Both the position numbers and the translations under genes were made by a program. DNA of 64,000 bases. It comes from Octopus vulgaris (Eukaryota). This document shows positions 1-13,104 of the stretch, piece by piece. The DNA lies in NCBI GenBank assembly GCA_951406725.2, contig OX597819.1, forward strand, positions 7,316,001-7,380,000. Reading direction: 5' to 3'. Under the pieces are notes generated by a model. That model was not told the DNA's origin. It saw nothing but the letters and a program-made list of their open reading frames with translations, and made no database searches. How positions within the stretch are numbered: the stretch's first letter is position 1; every line of letters starts with the position of its first letter.

Positions 1-478
1 CTCACAAGCTGTGGCCATGCTGGGGCACTGCCATTAATTAATTAATTTTTTTTTTCTTATTCCTATCTTTATTCCCTATTTCAATTTCACTTTTTTTATC
101 TTAATTAGTCACACCAAGTATATATTATTTTATTTGTAATATTAACAGCTATTTGTCTTTCTTTACTTATTTTTCTGCATTCTATTTAATCCATACTAAT
201 GAATATTAATCTTTATGCAAACTTAAGTCCCTTTTATACATTATTCTATCTTTAGCCCCCTTTTTTTTTTTTACCTCTCTATTTCTCCTACTGTTTGTTT
301 ACATTAACTTATCTACTTTTGGCTCTTTTTGTACCATCTCCTCCTCATGATAAACTTCATTCTTATGTATAGAAATTTCTTTTAAAAAATACATTACACC
401 ACATAATGATTTCAACGATCAGTTCGTATTTTAATTGAAACCTAGAAGTGTCTTTCCATTGGACATTTCTAATACATA

Positions 479-774
479 GTAAGCCCAGTACTTATTCTAT
501 TGGTCTCTTTTGCCGAACCGCTAAGTGACGGGGACATAAACACACCAGCATCGGTTGTCAAGCAATGCTAGGGGGACAAACACAGACGCACACACGCATA
601 TACATATATACGATGGGCTTCTTTCAGTTTCCGTCTACCAAATCCACTCACAAGGCATTGGTCGGCCCGAGGGTATAGTAGAAGACACTTGCCCAAGATG
701 CCACACAGTGGGACTGAACCCTGAACCATGTGGCTGGTTAGCAAGCTACTTACCACACAGCCACTCCTGCGCCT
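479..774 (-). mobile_element. tRNA-derived SINE family A (3'-truncated)
   Basis: Head aggcgcaggagtggctgtgtgg...ggttcagtccc (A and B boxes) on the - strand; internal (TA)/(CA) microsatellite. Confidence 0.85.
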
Positions 775-1159
775 ATGTTGTACTATACTATACAATTTTA
801 AAAAAAACTTTTTAATTTTTTTGCAGGAGTGGGTGGTGTTATGTCTATTATTCCCAAAAAATATAGACATAACACCACAACCCCACCCACTACGCTACTT
901 ATTTGGATTAAAATTTTTAATTTTTGTACTCATTTATAGGGGGAACGTCTCTGATACCTCTTATATCTTCAAATAACTGTTATATCCCTTAGTTATGACT
1001 CACATCTTTCTCACAAGGATAAAAAATAGGAATCTCCTAGATTCAATTTTTCTGCTATTTTCCTTTTCTGTTGCCTCCATTTTAAAATAAATTGAGTTTA
1101 TGGGACTTCTTTCCGTGAATTCACCATACATTATATACAAGTATTACTTTCATATCTCC

Positions 1160-1494
1160 GCAAATCGACCCCGGGACTTATTCTTTGTAAGCCCAGTACT
1201 TATTCCATCGGTCTCTTTTGCCGAACTGCTAAGTGATGGGGACGTAAACACACCAGCATCGGTTGTCAAGCAATGCTAGGGGGACAAACACAGACACACA
1301 AACGTACACGCACATACATATACATATATACGACAGGCTTCTTTCAGTTTCCATCTACCAAATCCACTCACAAGGCTTTGGTCGGCCCGAGGCTATAGTA
1401 GAAGACACTTGCCCAAGATGCCACACAGTGGGACTGAACCCGGAACCATGTGGTTGGTTAGCAAGCTACTTACCACACAGCCACTCCTGTGCCT
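1160..1494 (-). mobile_element. SINE family A
   Basis: Matches the family A consensus seen across the window. Confidence 0.85.
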
Positions 1495-2369
1495 ATTGTG
1501 TAGGTTTCAGAAGAGAACCTCCTTGGACTGTCTTGCTTTCAATGGATATTTAATCTATACCACAGTGAAAAAAATGCTTTTAAAACTGATGTTGGAGTTA
1601 ATATTGTATACACCAGTGTTTTGAATGAAGATATATTATTGGAAGCAATGAGTATTGATCTGCATACTGTGGCCTTGAATGAAGTGATTAGTTATGTAAA
1701 CTCACCCAAAAGGAGACACATTTAGGTGACTTCTTTGAACAAAAATAGTTAGTGAAACTGATATGAAGGATTCCAATGTTACCGTACTGAATTTATTTTG
1801 CCATCAAGATTAGCTAATGGTAATATTTTGCTAAGCTGCTATTTAAAACTGACTGTTTTTCTTTAAGCTTGTCTCCAAATCATTGTTTTTTTTTCCTTCT
1901 GTTAATAAAAGCTATCAAGATTAGCAGTTAGTTTGGGTCACAAACTGATTTGGATACTAAATATTGTTTCAAAGATATAACATTATTTTCTTGTATGATT
2001 AATTTGCAAATTGATAAACAAAATAGTCATGTGATTTTGGTTTTAGTGTACCGCAATTTAATCTCTCATTTTTGATAGTGTAAATTCAATAATTTTTTTT
2101 TTTTTGCCTATGTTTCAATTTACTAAACCTTTAGTCTTTCATTTTGAGTATTTTCGTTTCTTTATATAGGTTGCCTGTAGGCATAGTTCATCTGCAGCTA
2201 CAGGGAAGTGAGGTGTACCATTTTAGGTTGGAGTTTATTTAGTACTTAGATGATCCAATGATGGATCTTATATATTGTTTGAACACTAATGTTCATCATT
2301 CTTTTGACTATAAGTGGTGCGCCTGTGAGTGGATTGTATATTGTTCAGTTTTGTTTACTATCAGGTCAT

Positions 2370-2577
2370 CCCTTTTGATACCAACCCGGCTGAAACCGGC
2401 TCTGTAGTACAAATGTCTTGTTTTCATAAGTTTTGAATTAAAATCTTCCACCAAACCTTAGTCACAATTTATATTCCTAACATTAGCTTAATAAGTTATT
2501 TTACTAAATTCTTTGTCATATTTAAAATAATTGAAAGAAACTCAGAGCATCTCAAAATAAATACGGTAACGAAAGGG
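2370..2577. mobile_element. piggyBac-type MITE family 1, inside the mariner left terminal repeat
   Basis: CCCTTT...AAAGGG termini and right TTAA; same sequence as the 10242, 15756 and 36656 copies. Confidence 0.85.
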
Positions 2578-3527
2578 TTAAGAATGAAATGTCTAATTTT
2601 CTTATGCACCAAGTTTGACAGTTGTTAACTGTTTTATCCTGACAATTCTTTGTTTTACAACATTGAAGAGTTACAGCATCACTTTTCGAAATGCAATTCT
2701 TGGTGTCTTATATTGAGTTTTCTCTTTTAAATCAATTTTTGTGAACCCATGGATAAATCAAAAATGCGTATTGAAACATCAGTGAGGTGTTTGAGGATGT
2801 GGTGAACGAGTGCACTGTACGTGGATGGTTTGGGGAGTTCTGGTCTGATGACTTTGCTCTTGAAAATCAGCCCCGTGTTAGACCTGAGACAAAGGTGGAT
2901 AATGATGAGCTGGAAACTGTAGTGGAAACAGATATATCTCAAACTACGCGTAAGTTAGCAGCAAGGTTTGATGTTTTGATTCCAACTGTATTGGACCATC
3001 TGAAACAAATCGGCAAATTAAAAAAAAACTGGACAAATAGGTACCACATGGACTGAATGAGCATCAAATGAAACATAGTCTTGGAAATTGCTGTTCTTTG
3101 CTGTCACGGCATAAAAGCGAATCATTTTTGCATCGTATTGTTACGTATGATGCAAAATGGATTCTTTTCAGCAATAGCAAGCATTCTGCATGGCAGTTGG
3201 ACAGAGACGAAGTGCCAAAACACAATCCAAAAATAGCTAATGTTGTCTGTCTGGTGGTCCAGTGCTGGTGTCATTCATTACAACTTCATGAGACCTGGTA
3301 AGTCAATTGCAGTAAGTCAACCAATTGGATGAAATGATGAGTAAACATTCAATTAAACAACTGATATTGGTCAACAGAGACAGGCCAATTCTCTTGCGAG
3401 ACTATGCTCGACCACATGTTGTATGAAGAATGCTACTCAAGTTACAGGAACTGGACTTGGAAGAACTCTGTCATCCACCATATTCACCAGACCTTGCACC
3501 AACTGATTATCATGTTTTCTAGGCATA

Positions 3528-3925
3528 ACTCTTTTACTCTTCTACTTGTTTCAGTCATTTGACTGAAGCCATGCTGGAGCACCACCTTTAATTGAGCAAC
3601 TCGACCCCGGGACATTTTTTTTTTTGTAAGCCCAGTACTTATTCTATCAGTCTCTTTTGCCGAACCGCTAGGTAGCGGAGACATAAACACACCAGCATCG
3701 GTTGTCAAGCAATACTAGGGGGACAAACACAGACACGCAAACACACACACGCATACATATATATACATATATACGATGGGCTTCTTTCAGTTTCCATCTA
3801 CCAAATCCACTCACAAGGCTTTGGTCGGCCCGGGGCTATAGTAGAGGGCACTTGCCCAAGGTGCCACGCAGTGGGACTGAACCCGGAACCATGTGATTGG
3901 TAAACAAGCTACTTACCACACAGCC
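3528..3925 (-). mobile_element. SINE family A inserted in the mariner transposase
   Basis: Interrupts the transposase just after YSPDLAPTDYH. Confidence 0.88.
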
Positions 3926-4402
3926 GACAACATTTTGCAAGGAAAAATGCTTCAAATCTGAAGAAGGTGCAAAAAGAACCTTTTGTGATTTCATCACCTT
4001 TTGCTCTCCAGAATTCTTTGCTGCTGGTAGAAATAAGCTACCGATAAAATGGCAAAATTATGTTGGTAATTTAGGTGCATACTTCGATTAACTGGATTGC
4101 TTTTTGTTGAGATAAAGTAAAATAAACTTTCAGTTCAAAATTGGACATTTCATTTTTAATGACCTGATATTTTCTGTGTGTGCTGTGAATTCATCTTGTT
4201 TAGCCCCCTATTTAGTTTTTGAGGTCTCACCAGTGCATTGTGAGCAGCCACTCATCTTTATCCCACAACACACTGAACAGCTAGTAGTCCTTATCACACA
4301 ATGCACTGAGTATCTATCACACTTGCTTTTAAACCCATAAAATTGAGATTCAAAATGAATGTTTTGGTTTATCAGACTTGTGCTTTCTACAATATGAGAC
4401 AT

Positions 4403-4603
4403 ACTCTTTACTCTTTTCAGTCAGTTGACTGCGACCATGCTGGAGCACTGCCTTTAGTCGAGCAACTCGACCCCGGGACTTATTCTTTGTAAGCCCAGTA
4501 CTTATTCTATCGGTCTCATTTGCCGAACCGCTAAGTAACGGGGACATAAACACACCAGCATCGGTTGTCGAACAATGTTGGGGGAACAAACACAGACACA
4601 CAA

Positions 4604-4656
<53 letters not shown>

Positions 4657-4819
4657 CAAATATACGATGGGCTTCTTTCAGTTTCCGTCTACCAAATCCA
4701 CTCACAAGGCATTGGTCGGCCTGAGGTTATAGCAGAAGACACTTGCCCAAGGTGCCACGCAGTGGGACTGAACCCGGAACCATGTGGTTGGTAAGCAAGC
4801 TACTTACCACACAGCCACT
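4403..4819 (-). mobile_element. SINE family A
   Basis: Near full-length match. Confidence 0.88.
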
Positions 4820-5875
4820 ACAACATATTAGCATAAAATACATTGACACTCCTAAACATAAAATGAAATGACTACATGATCAACAATATACTGTCCAATG
4901 ACTACTGGGGCATGTAAGAAGAAAATGCCAGTTACAAGACTGTCTAAAGAGATACTCTGAACTTGAAGGCCAATATCCAAAAGGCATAATCAAGAAATGC
5001 TTCAGTGACTCCATCAATAAGCATTACAATGGATGTTTAGTTAGCTTTATTGGCAGAACCATTGCTGCACACTGGGCAAAATGCTTAGGGGCATTTCACC
5101 CATCTTTATGTTCTTAGTTCAAACATTGTTGGGGTCAGCTTTCGTCCTTTCAGAGTAAGTACCAGTTGTGCACTGGTGTCAATATAAAACTTTTCTGTTA
5201 AATTAAATGTTGTGGAAACCACAGCCATGTTTTTATATTAAAAAAAAGGCATATTCATAAACCTGGCTAATGCTTTTGTGAGAGATGCTAAAAACATCTG
5301 CAGTGAATTTGAACTTTCAACCATATGCTGGTATTTCAGTGCCTTACCTACTTGGTCTTTTGCCTTCACTTTTGTGGAATGTGTCTAGATGAAAATTCTT
5401 ATTGTGGTAGGGACACTTCTGCATTTCTTTAACAAGAAATTGCCACGTCTCTGAAACTTCCTAAGCTTGCATTTGGGTTAAAAAAAAGGATTATCAACAC
5501 ATTTAAGAACAATAGTTTTAATCTAGAAAAATTCATTTACATATTCTCTATAGTCTAAATTTTTAAAACTGCACTGTGTTTTAATTTGATACTCTAGAGA
5601 GTTTATATCTGTTGAGCATGTTCTTATTAAAAGACTGGCTGTATGGTAAGGTGCTTGCTTTGCCACAATATATGGTTTTGGAGCGGTACTTTAGCCAACA
5701 GCTGTGATAGAAGACTCTTGCTCAATGTAAGAATTGGGAATGAAATTTGGTAATCAGAAAATGTGTGGAAGCTTGTCAGGAATGTTGTTCATGTTCCTGG
5801 GTGCTTGACTTTATCTGTTTGAGTTTAACTGATTTGTGGGTGATGTTAGAAGCAGAGTCTCTTTTTTTTGCAAAC

Positions 5876-6260
5876 TGTGCTGGTGGCACATAAAAAGCAC
5901 CATCCGAATGTGGCCGATGCCAGCGCCGCCTCGACTGGCTCCAGTGCCAGTGGCACATAAAAAGCACCATCTGAACGTGGCCATTGCCAGTGCCGCCTTG
6001 GCTGGCTTCAGTGCTGGTGGCTCGTTGAAAGCTCCAACCGATTGTGGCCGATGCGGAACCCCCCCCCCGGCACCTGTGCGGGTGCACGTAAAAAGCACCC
6101 ACTACACTCACAGAGTGGTTGGCGTTAGGAAGGGCATCCAGCTGTAGAAACTCTGCCAGATCAGACTGGAGCCTGGTGCAGCCCCTGGCTTCCCAGACCC
6201 CTGTCGAACCGTCCAGCCCATGCTAGTGTGGAAAACAGACGTTTAAACGATGATGATGAT
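5876..6260 (+). mobile_element. Family B: 5'-truncated non-LTR retroelement 3' end with 55-65 bp tandem units and a (GAT)n tail
   Basis: Tandem ggtggcacRtaaaaagcacc units, then gttggcgttaggaagggcatccagctgtagaaac...taaacgatgatg; copies share the 3' end and start at variable 5' positions. Confidence 0.75.
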
Positions 6261-6567
6261 TCTGGTCAGACCTGATTTGAGGATAATTTTCTCTCTTTCA
6301 TCAGTCTTGCAGGCCTTGAATAAAGTTGTACATTCTGTCCTTTCTTCACTAAGTGATAAAAAGAAATTAGTTACAGATATACCTAGAAAAGGTGAAATCT
6401 TAGGAAATAAGCTTAACAAGGGAGAGAAAAAGTGGTATTTATGGAACTAAATATTTTAATCTTTCATTCCTTTCAAAGTAATTTTGTTTAGTGGATTTAT
6501 AATGAGAGTAAACTGAGATTTATTACTAATGACTATGACATAGTGTAAGAGAAACTTGTGTGGTGGG

Positions 6568-6792
6568 GGCGGTGAGCTGGCAGAAATGTTAGCACGCCGG
6601 GCGAAATACGTAGCCGTATTTCATCTGACGTTACGTTCTGAGTTCAAATTCCGTCGAGGTCGACTTTGCCTTTCATCCTTTCGGGGTCGATAAATTAAGT
6701 ACCAGTTGGGGTTGATGTAATCGTTTTATTCCGTTTGTCTGTCCTTGTTTGTTCCCTCTGTGTTTAACCCCTTGTGGGTAGTAAAGAAATAG
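6568..6792 (+). mobile_element. SINE family D
   Basis: ggcggtgagctggcagaa...gagttcaaattcc (B box)...gcctttcatcctttcggggtcgataaa. Confidence 0.8.
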
Positions 6793-6976
6793 GGGGCTTG
6801 TAATAAGAATGTAAGAACACTTGTTAGTTATGTACTTAGAAAAGATCAATGTAGAATAAAGCTATTGAACTATAGCTAAATTATTGTTAAAGGATATATT
6901 GAAACCAATATTTTTTATTATATATATCTCCAATTTTGATATTATTTAACCTTAATTTTTTTTATTTCTCTTCCAG

Positions 6977-7121
6977 TCTCCATATGAGGGAGGTGTTTTT
7001 AATCTAGAACTCTTTCTTCCGGAAGAATATCCTATGTCAGCACCAAAAGTGAGATTTCTGACAAAAATATATCATCCAAATATAGATAAACTTGGCAGGA
7101 TATGTCTAGATATTCTAAAAG
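6977..7121 (+). CDS. UBE2N: UBE2N/Ubc13 ubiquitin-conjugating E2, internal coding exon containing the catalytic Cys
   Basis: ttccag|...AAAG|gtaagc, 145 nt; translates [48 protein letters not shown] with the HPN motif and active-site Cys, closely matching Ubc13. Confidence 0.96.
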
Positions 7122-7330
7122 GTAAGCATTTATTTATTGTTGTTGTTGTTGTTTTGTGCCAGTATCAGAGTTTATTATTTGAGAAGTAGATTGGTAAAAT
7201 CAGTAGCGTTTGGCAAGACCGTCGTTCATCCATCAACTTCTGATTCTAAGACCATTCAACTTCTGCAGGCAACTCCCTCCCCACAAATTGACTACTCCCT
7301 TCCCACAAAATGTCTAGATATGAACCTATT

Positions 7331-7576
7331 GGCATGTAAAATGCACCAATCCGACCGTGGCCGTTGCCAGCCTCGCCTGGCACCTGTGCAGGTGGCACGT
7401 AAAAAGCACCCACTACACTCACGGAGTGGTTGGCGTTAGGAAGGGCATCCAGCTGTAGAAACATTGCCAGATAAGACTGGAGCCTGGTGCAGCCTTCTGG
7501 CTTCCCAGATTCCCGGTTGAACCGTCCAACCCATGCATGCATGGAGAACGGACGTTAAACGATGATGATAATGATG
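7331..7576 (+). mobile_element. Family B retroelement 3' end
   Basis: Same organisation as the 5876 copy. Confidence 0.75.
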
Positions 7577-8525
7577 TAAATTAATGTGGCTTGCTTTTGA
7601 TGTGTCTTCACAAAACTCCACTCTGGAGGTATTTTCTTCTAGGACTACTTTAATCCCTAAGTATTCAGATTACTGTCAAACCTAATGCTTATTTATTCAC
7701 GTTATTTTGAATTAATCATGCATTATGTTGCAGTTTTGAGATTTTGATGATGTGACTATTTTTAGAATGATGTTTTAGGGTATGTGTGAGAGGCTGGATC
7801 TGGCTGGTTAGAATGTTTTGGCCACATGGTTATTTTGAATGCTATTCAGTTAAGAAAAGGGTATGTTTTGTCCAGAGATATTGGTACTAATGTTGACGTT
7901 TGACTTATCTTTGTGGCACACAGTGGGTAACTATTGAGTACAAAGGGAAATAGTCAGTTAGACTAGGAGTGCAGGGCAGAAAGCCCAATAAAGGCCACTT
8001 GAGGGCTTTCTGTCCAATAGTGTTAAAACAAAACTAGGCAGCAACAACAACCACAGAGGCAGGCATCAGAGGTGAATGAAGACTCAGAGTACCACCAGTT
8101 GCAGCTCCATGGGTAGTTAGATTGAAAGAAAAGATAAGTGGAATTGTCTTTGCCTCTGTGTCACCAGTACAGTGGGAAGGGTGCTGAGTGATGAAATAGG
8201 GTACTGAGAACTAACAAATGCATAAGGCTAGCAAGTGACTCCTTGTAGCAGTTAGAATTGTCTTCAGATTATGGAGTGGAGATGTAGCTTGGAGAAAGGT
8301 AGGAAACTGCTTTGGGAAGTACATAAGGAAACGAATGGTCCTTGTCTAAAAAACAAATCCTCTGCAGAAAGGTATTGGACCTCCAGTAATGAGGACTTGA
8401 TGCAGATTGAGCTGAAGAGGAGCAAAAGCACATTTTGATTATTGAGGAAGTGATTAGTACATTGGACAGCAATATGATACATTTTTGGTAAAAGCCCCAC
8501 ACAAGAAGTCTGACAGCAGCTGGAT

Positions 8526-8902
8526 GGAAGCACTCCGTCGGTTACGACGACGAGGGTTCTGGTTGATCCGATCAACGGAACAGCCTGCTCGTGAAATTAA
8601 CGTGTAAGTGGCTGAGCACTCCACAGACATGTGCACCCTTAACGTAGTTCTCGGGGATATTCAGCGTGACACAGAGAGTGACAAGGCCGGCCCTTTGAAA
8701 TACAGGTACAACAGAAACAGGAAGTAAGAGTGAGAGAAAGTTGTGGTGAAAGAGTACAGCAGGATCACCCTCCCCCCTCTGCCGGAGCCTCGTGGAGCTT
8801 TTTAGGTGTTTTCGCTCAATAAACACTCACAACGCCCGGTCTGGGAATCGAAACTGCGGTCCTACGACCGCGAGTCCGCTGCCCTAACCAATGGGCCATT
8901 GC
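8526..8902 (-). mobile_element. SINE family C
   Basis: Near-identical to the 18125 and 41126 copies. Confidence 0.85.
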
Positions 8903-9049
8903 TAAAGATGTGCTGTTGTGAAAAACTTTGAGAGTCAGTCAAAACTAAGGATGTTGGCCGGCAGATTTGGTGAACCTAATTTGTAGAAGTTGGCTGGAGT
9001 GGTCAGTCTTGTGTGGGTGTTTTGATCTACCTACGTAAATGCTTCTCAC

Positions 9050-9090
<41 letters not shown>

Positions 9091-9097
9091 TAGGTGG

Positions 9098-9581
9098 TGT
9101 AGTGACGTCATTTTCCAGTGTGCGCACACGCAACGTCATTCTTCAGTGTGCGTGTGCGGGGCTGGAACCTTCTGGAAAGGCCTAAGGAAGTTCCCTCATG
9201 CACATGCGCAAGAGACTGGGGAAGAAATTTCTATCGCGTTCCTTGTTTAGCGTCGTTGACTTGAGACACGGCTATTGAAGTGAAAGGACGTGTTAAACAT
9301 GTGATCAGCCTATTCTCCTGTCCCAGACGCTTAGAATTTGACCTGCTCTGTTGCTGCTGAATTTGTTGTGAGGTTTATCTTACAAGCGTTAAAGTTCAGC
9401 CTTGCTATATCGAACCAAGTGGATACCAATATACCAACGTACTTCTTTAGTAAATAAGAAAATAAAGAGTTATATATATTTTTAAGGTTGCGTTCTTGTT
9501 CCTGACTGGTAGTTTGTGGAAATTAAAGAAAGGAAATTGGTTGCACCCAAACAGTGTAAAGAATCAACCAGTTCTATTACA
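9098..9581 (+). mobile_element. Solo LTR (484 bp)
   Basis: TGTA...TACA termini, 4-bp TSD GTGG (9094-9097 and 9582-9585), internal AATAAA; shares motifs with the 33858 LTR. Confidence 0.8.
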
Positions 9582-9896
9582 GTGGCATGTGAAAAACAAC
9601 ATTCGAGTGAGGTCGTTGCCAGTGCTGCTGGACTGGCCCCTGTGCAGGTGGCATGTAAAAAACACCATTTGAGTGTGGCTGTTGCCAGTACCACCTGACT
9701 TGCCCTTGTGCCGGTGGCACGTAAATGCACCTTCTACACTCTCGGAGTGGTTGGCATTAGGAAGGGCATCCAGCTGTAGAAACTCAGCCAGATCAGATTG
9801 GAACCTGGTGCAGCCATCTGGCTGGCCAGTCCTCAGTCAAGCCGTCCAGCCCATGCCAGCATGGAGAGCGGACGTTAGACGACGATGATGATGATG
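9582..9896 (+). mobile_element. Family B retroelement 3' end, interrupted by the solo LTR
   Basis: Same organisation; the LTR TSD GTGG lies in its ggtggca motif. Confidence 0.72.
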
Positions 9897-10241
9897 TACT
9901 AAACCTTTAACTTGTCTTAATATTGTTGACACCCTTACATTTGTTATATATATATGGCATGACATTCTGCAGTCCCTTTTTTTTTTTTTGTATGACATTT
10001 CTGTATTGTATGCTTGAGCTCTTGTGGCCAATGATGTTTATTTAGTTGAAGGAGTAAGGATGATGTTTGTGACCCCCCCTCCTTTTTTTTTTCCAGGTCC
10101 TCTCTCAAGTTGACCGGAAGATTGGTTTGGTTTATGTTCAACTTAAACTTTATAGATTGATGCTTATATGAAAGACATGAGCTGCAATAAAATTGACAAG
10201 AGCTGAACTCCTAGGAAAGATTGATTGGGAAACTTATTTAA

Positions 10242-10462
10242 CCCTTTCGTTACCAACCCAGCTGAAACCGGCTCTGGCTCTTTAGTACAAATGTCTTGTT
10301 TTCAGAATTTTTTAATTAAAATCTTCTACCAAACCTTAGTCACAATTTATGTTCCTAACACCAGCTGAATGATAACTAAGTTATTTTACTAAATTCTTTG
10401 TTATATTTAAAGTGATTGAAAGAAACACAGAGCATCTCAAAATAATGACAGTAACGAAAGGG
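10242..10462. mobile_element. piggyBac-type MITE family 1
   Basis: TTAA|ccctttcgttac...gtaacgaaaggg|TTAA, 221 bp. Confidence 0.9.
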
Positions 10463-12053
10463 TTAATGCAGAGTTCTGGGAGAGAAATACAGATGAGAGC
10501 ATGTTGTAGGTTTGGACAACAATAGAGAGCAGCTTGCTGGTTCAGAGGAGCAGAACACCATTTTAGTGAAAGTAAAAGTGTTCACAAAATGAAAGTACAT
10601 CTGTGGGCTTTTGGTTGTAGTGAGGTGAATAATTTCTTTTACTTTTATATGTTGAAGTGGTTGGCATTATGATGGGCATCCAACCATAGAAACCATGTCA
10701 AAGCAGAGTTCAGTGCAATCCTGCCGAACTATCCAACCTTTTATGCTGGCATAAAAAACAGATGTTAAATGATGATGAGCCAGTATGTTTATGTATATAG
10801 CGGCTGCAATGTTTTAGATAGCTAATGTTCCACTTGTGCCTCATAGAGAGTCAGTAACCGTCTAGTTTTTGGAAATGCAAATTTGGTTTTGTATATTGGG
10901 TTGCTATGAGAGATCATATGAGGTTTAACATGTGTATTGAGTTAGAGAGGGTATAGTGCAAGGCTTCTGCCTTGATATATTTGTGGTGATAGTATTTTTA
11001 TGTCAAAGGAAATAAGATTATCATATCTCCTAAAATTATCACTAGCTTTGAAGAATTTCTGATGGATTTTTCTTTAAATATTAACACTTTAGCATCCAGA
11101 TTATTCTGTTAAATGCACTGCTTATTCACATTGTTTTGAATTAATCATACATTATTCTACAGCTTCAAGATTTTTATGATGGGGTAGTTTATTTTTAGAA
11201 TGACTTTGTAGAGTAGGTGTATGTATGTTGGTGGAGGCATATCTGTTCAGTTTGAATATAAAGCAGGTAGAATATTTTGGCTGTATAGATCTAACAGTTA
11301 ATAGTATTCAAAACTTTGAAAATGCCAGATATAGTTTTGGACTGAAGCTGTTGAAAGACTTGAATGATTTAAATTCAAATTTATACATGACTATAGTCTG
11401 TTGCACACTTGAAACTAAATTTATAACACCACTAAATTTGTTAGACTCCATAAAAGTATTTCCTTTTTTTAAGCTTTTTATTGATAATCATCTCAACAAT
11501 TTCAAGTACTTTAGGGAATTTTTGGCTTTTTTTTTCAGTAGAGTTAGACAGAATCTTGCACATTAGATTTGATATTTATTATTTAATTTTACACAATGAA
11601 TAAACAGGGTTGGCTTTTGGGGTCAAGTTTATCTTGTGTTCATCACTATTTTAGCACATGTGTGTTTGTATGAACTTGGTTGCTGGCAATATTTCAAACA
11701 TTCATTGTATTCACACAAGAGAAGTCATTCTTGATTGTATAATGGATGTAATAACATATTGTATATCAGACCATTTGTAATTATAGCAGATGTTCTAGCA
11801 AGAACCATTGCTTTTTGCTTAAATTTTATTCTGGTTATTTTATATTCATTTCTTCATGTTAGTTTGTTTGAAGTGGTTGTTACTTTTTCTTTTTTTTTTT
11901 TTTTTTTTTGTGAGGAACTGTATTACATTTGCATACCTTTCTGGTTGATATACTCACTCAGCTGTAACTATGCGTAGGTACAGCACAACAATAGTTGAAG
12001 TAAATTTAAGAGAAAATTGATTAGGTGTTTAATTAAAAAAAAATTCCTAGTGT

Positions 12054-12362
12054 CATCATCATCATCGTTTAACGTCCGTTCTCCATGCTAGCATGGGTTG
12101 GACGGTTCGACCGGGGATCTGGGAAGCCAGAAGGCTGCACCAGGCTCCGGTCTGATCTGGCAATGTTTCTACAGCTGGATGCCCTTCCTAACGCCAACCA
12201 CTCTGTGAGTATAGTGGGTGCTTTTTACGTGCCACCTGCACTGATGCCAGGCGAGGCTGGCATCGGCCACGGTCGGATTGGTGCATTTTACGTGCCACCT
12301 GCACGGAAGCCAGTCGAGGCGGCACTGGCTTCGGCCACGATTCAGATGGTGCTTTTTACGTG
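12054..12362 (-). mobile_element. Family B retroelement 3' end
   Basis: Reverse-complement copy. Confidence 0.75.
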
Positions 12363-12477
12363 TATTATTAACATTTTTAACATTTTCTTAATTTTTATTG
12401 ACTATTGTTGGTTTACCAATCGACCGTTACCGTAGTACCAGCCATCTCATTTTGTATGATTACTTTAAATGTTTCAG

Positions 12478-12618
12478 ATAAATGGAGTCCAGCATTGCAG
12501 ATTCGTACTGTTCTTCTGTCTATTCAAGCACTACTCAGTGCCCCAAACCCAGATGATCCCTTAGCAAATGATGTAGCAGAACAATGGAAACTAAATGAGG
12601 CAGCAGCAATTCAGAAAG
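12478..12618 (+). CDS. UBE2N: UBE2N coding exon
   Basis: tttcag|...AAAG|gtgact, 141 nt, phase 1-1; (D)[46 protein letters not shown]. Confidence 0.96.
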
Positions 12619-12670
12619 GTGACTTAACCAAGTTCTTTATCAATGTTGTTTTCACATTTTTATGATACAT

Positions 12671-12888
12671 ATTCTTTTACTCTTTTACTTGTTTCAGTCA
12701 TTTGACTGCGGCCATGCTGGAGCACTGCCTTTAGTCGAGCAAATCGATCCCGGGACTTATTCTTTGTAAGCCCAGTACTTATTCTATCGGTCTCTTTTGC
12801 CGAACCGCTAAGTGACGGGGACGTAAACACATCAGCATCGGTTGTCAAGCAATACTATGGGGGACAAACACAGACACACAAACACACG

Positions 12889-12939
<51 letters not shown>

Positions 12940-13104
12940 GTATATACGACAGGCTTCTTTCAGTTTCTGTCTACCAAATCCACTCACAAGGCATTGGTCG
13001 GCCCGGGGCTATAGCAGAAGACACTTGCCCAAGATGCCACGCAGTGGGATTGAACCTGGAACCATGTGGTTGGTAAACAAGCTACTTACCACACAACCAC
13101 TCCT
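12671..13104 (-). mobile_element. SINE family A
   Basis: Near full-length match. Confidence 0.88.

Larger units (their letters stand above)
2361..4167 (+). mobile_element. Decayed Tc1/mariner transposon with nested MITE and SINE
   Basis: TA flanks; terminal inverted repeats tcaggtcat(taa)gaatgaaatgtctaatttt / aaaattggacatttcatttttaatgacctga; broken transposase from ATG 2749 to TAA 4091 with (W)VPHGL, FLHRIVTYDAKW and YSPDLAPTDYH motifs. Confidence 0.92.

Noticed and set aside
1-6976. UBE2N 5' coding exons (MAGLPRRIIKETQRL...)
   Set aside because: No matching sequence was found; the exon-like stretch near 2170-2213 does not encode Ubc13 residues.
7355-7415. ccagcctcgcctggc resembles the HDV ribozyme P2/P3 sequence
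   Set aside because: I could not build P1, P1.1 or P4 of the nested double pseudoknot; a simple hairpin explains it.
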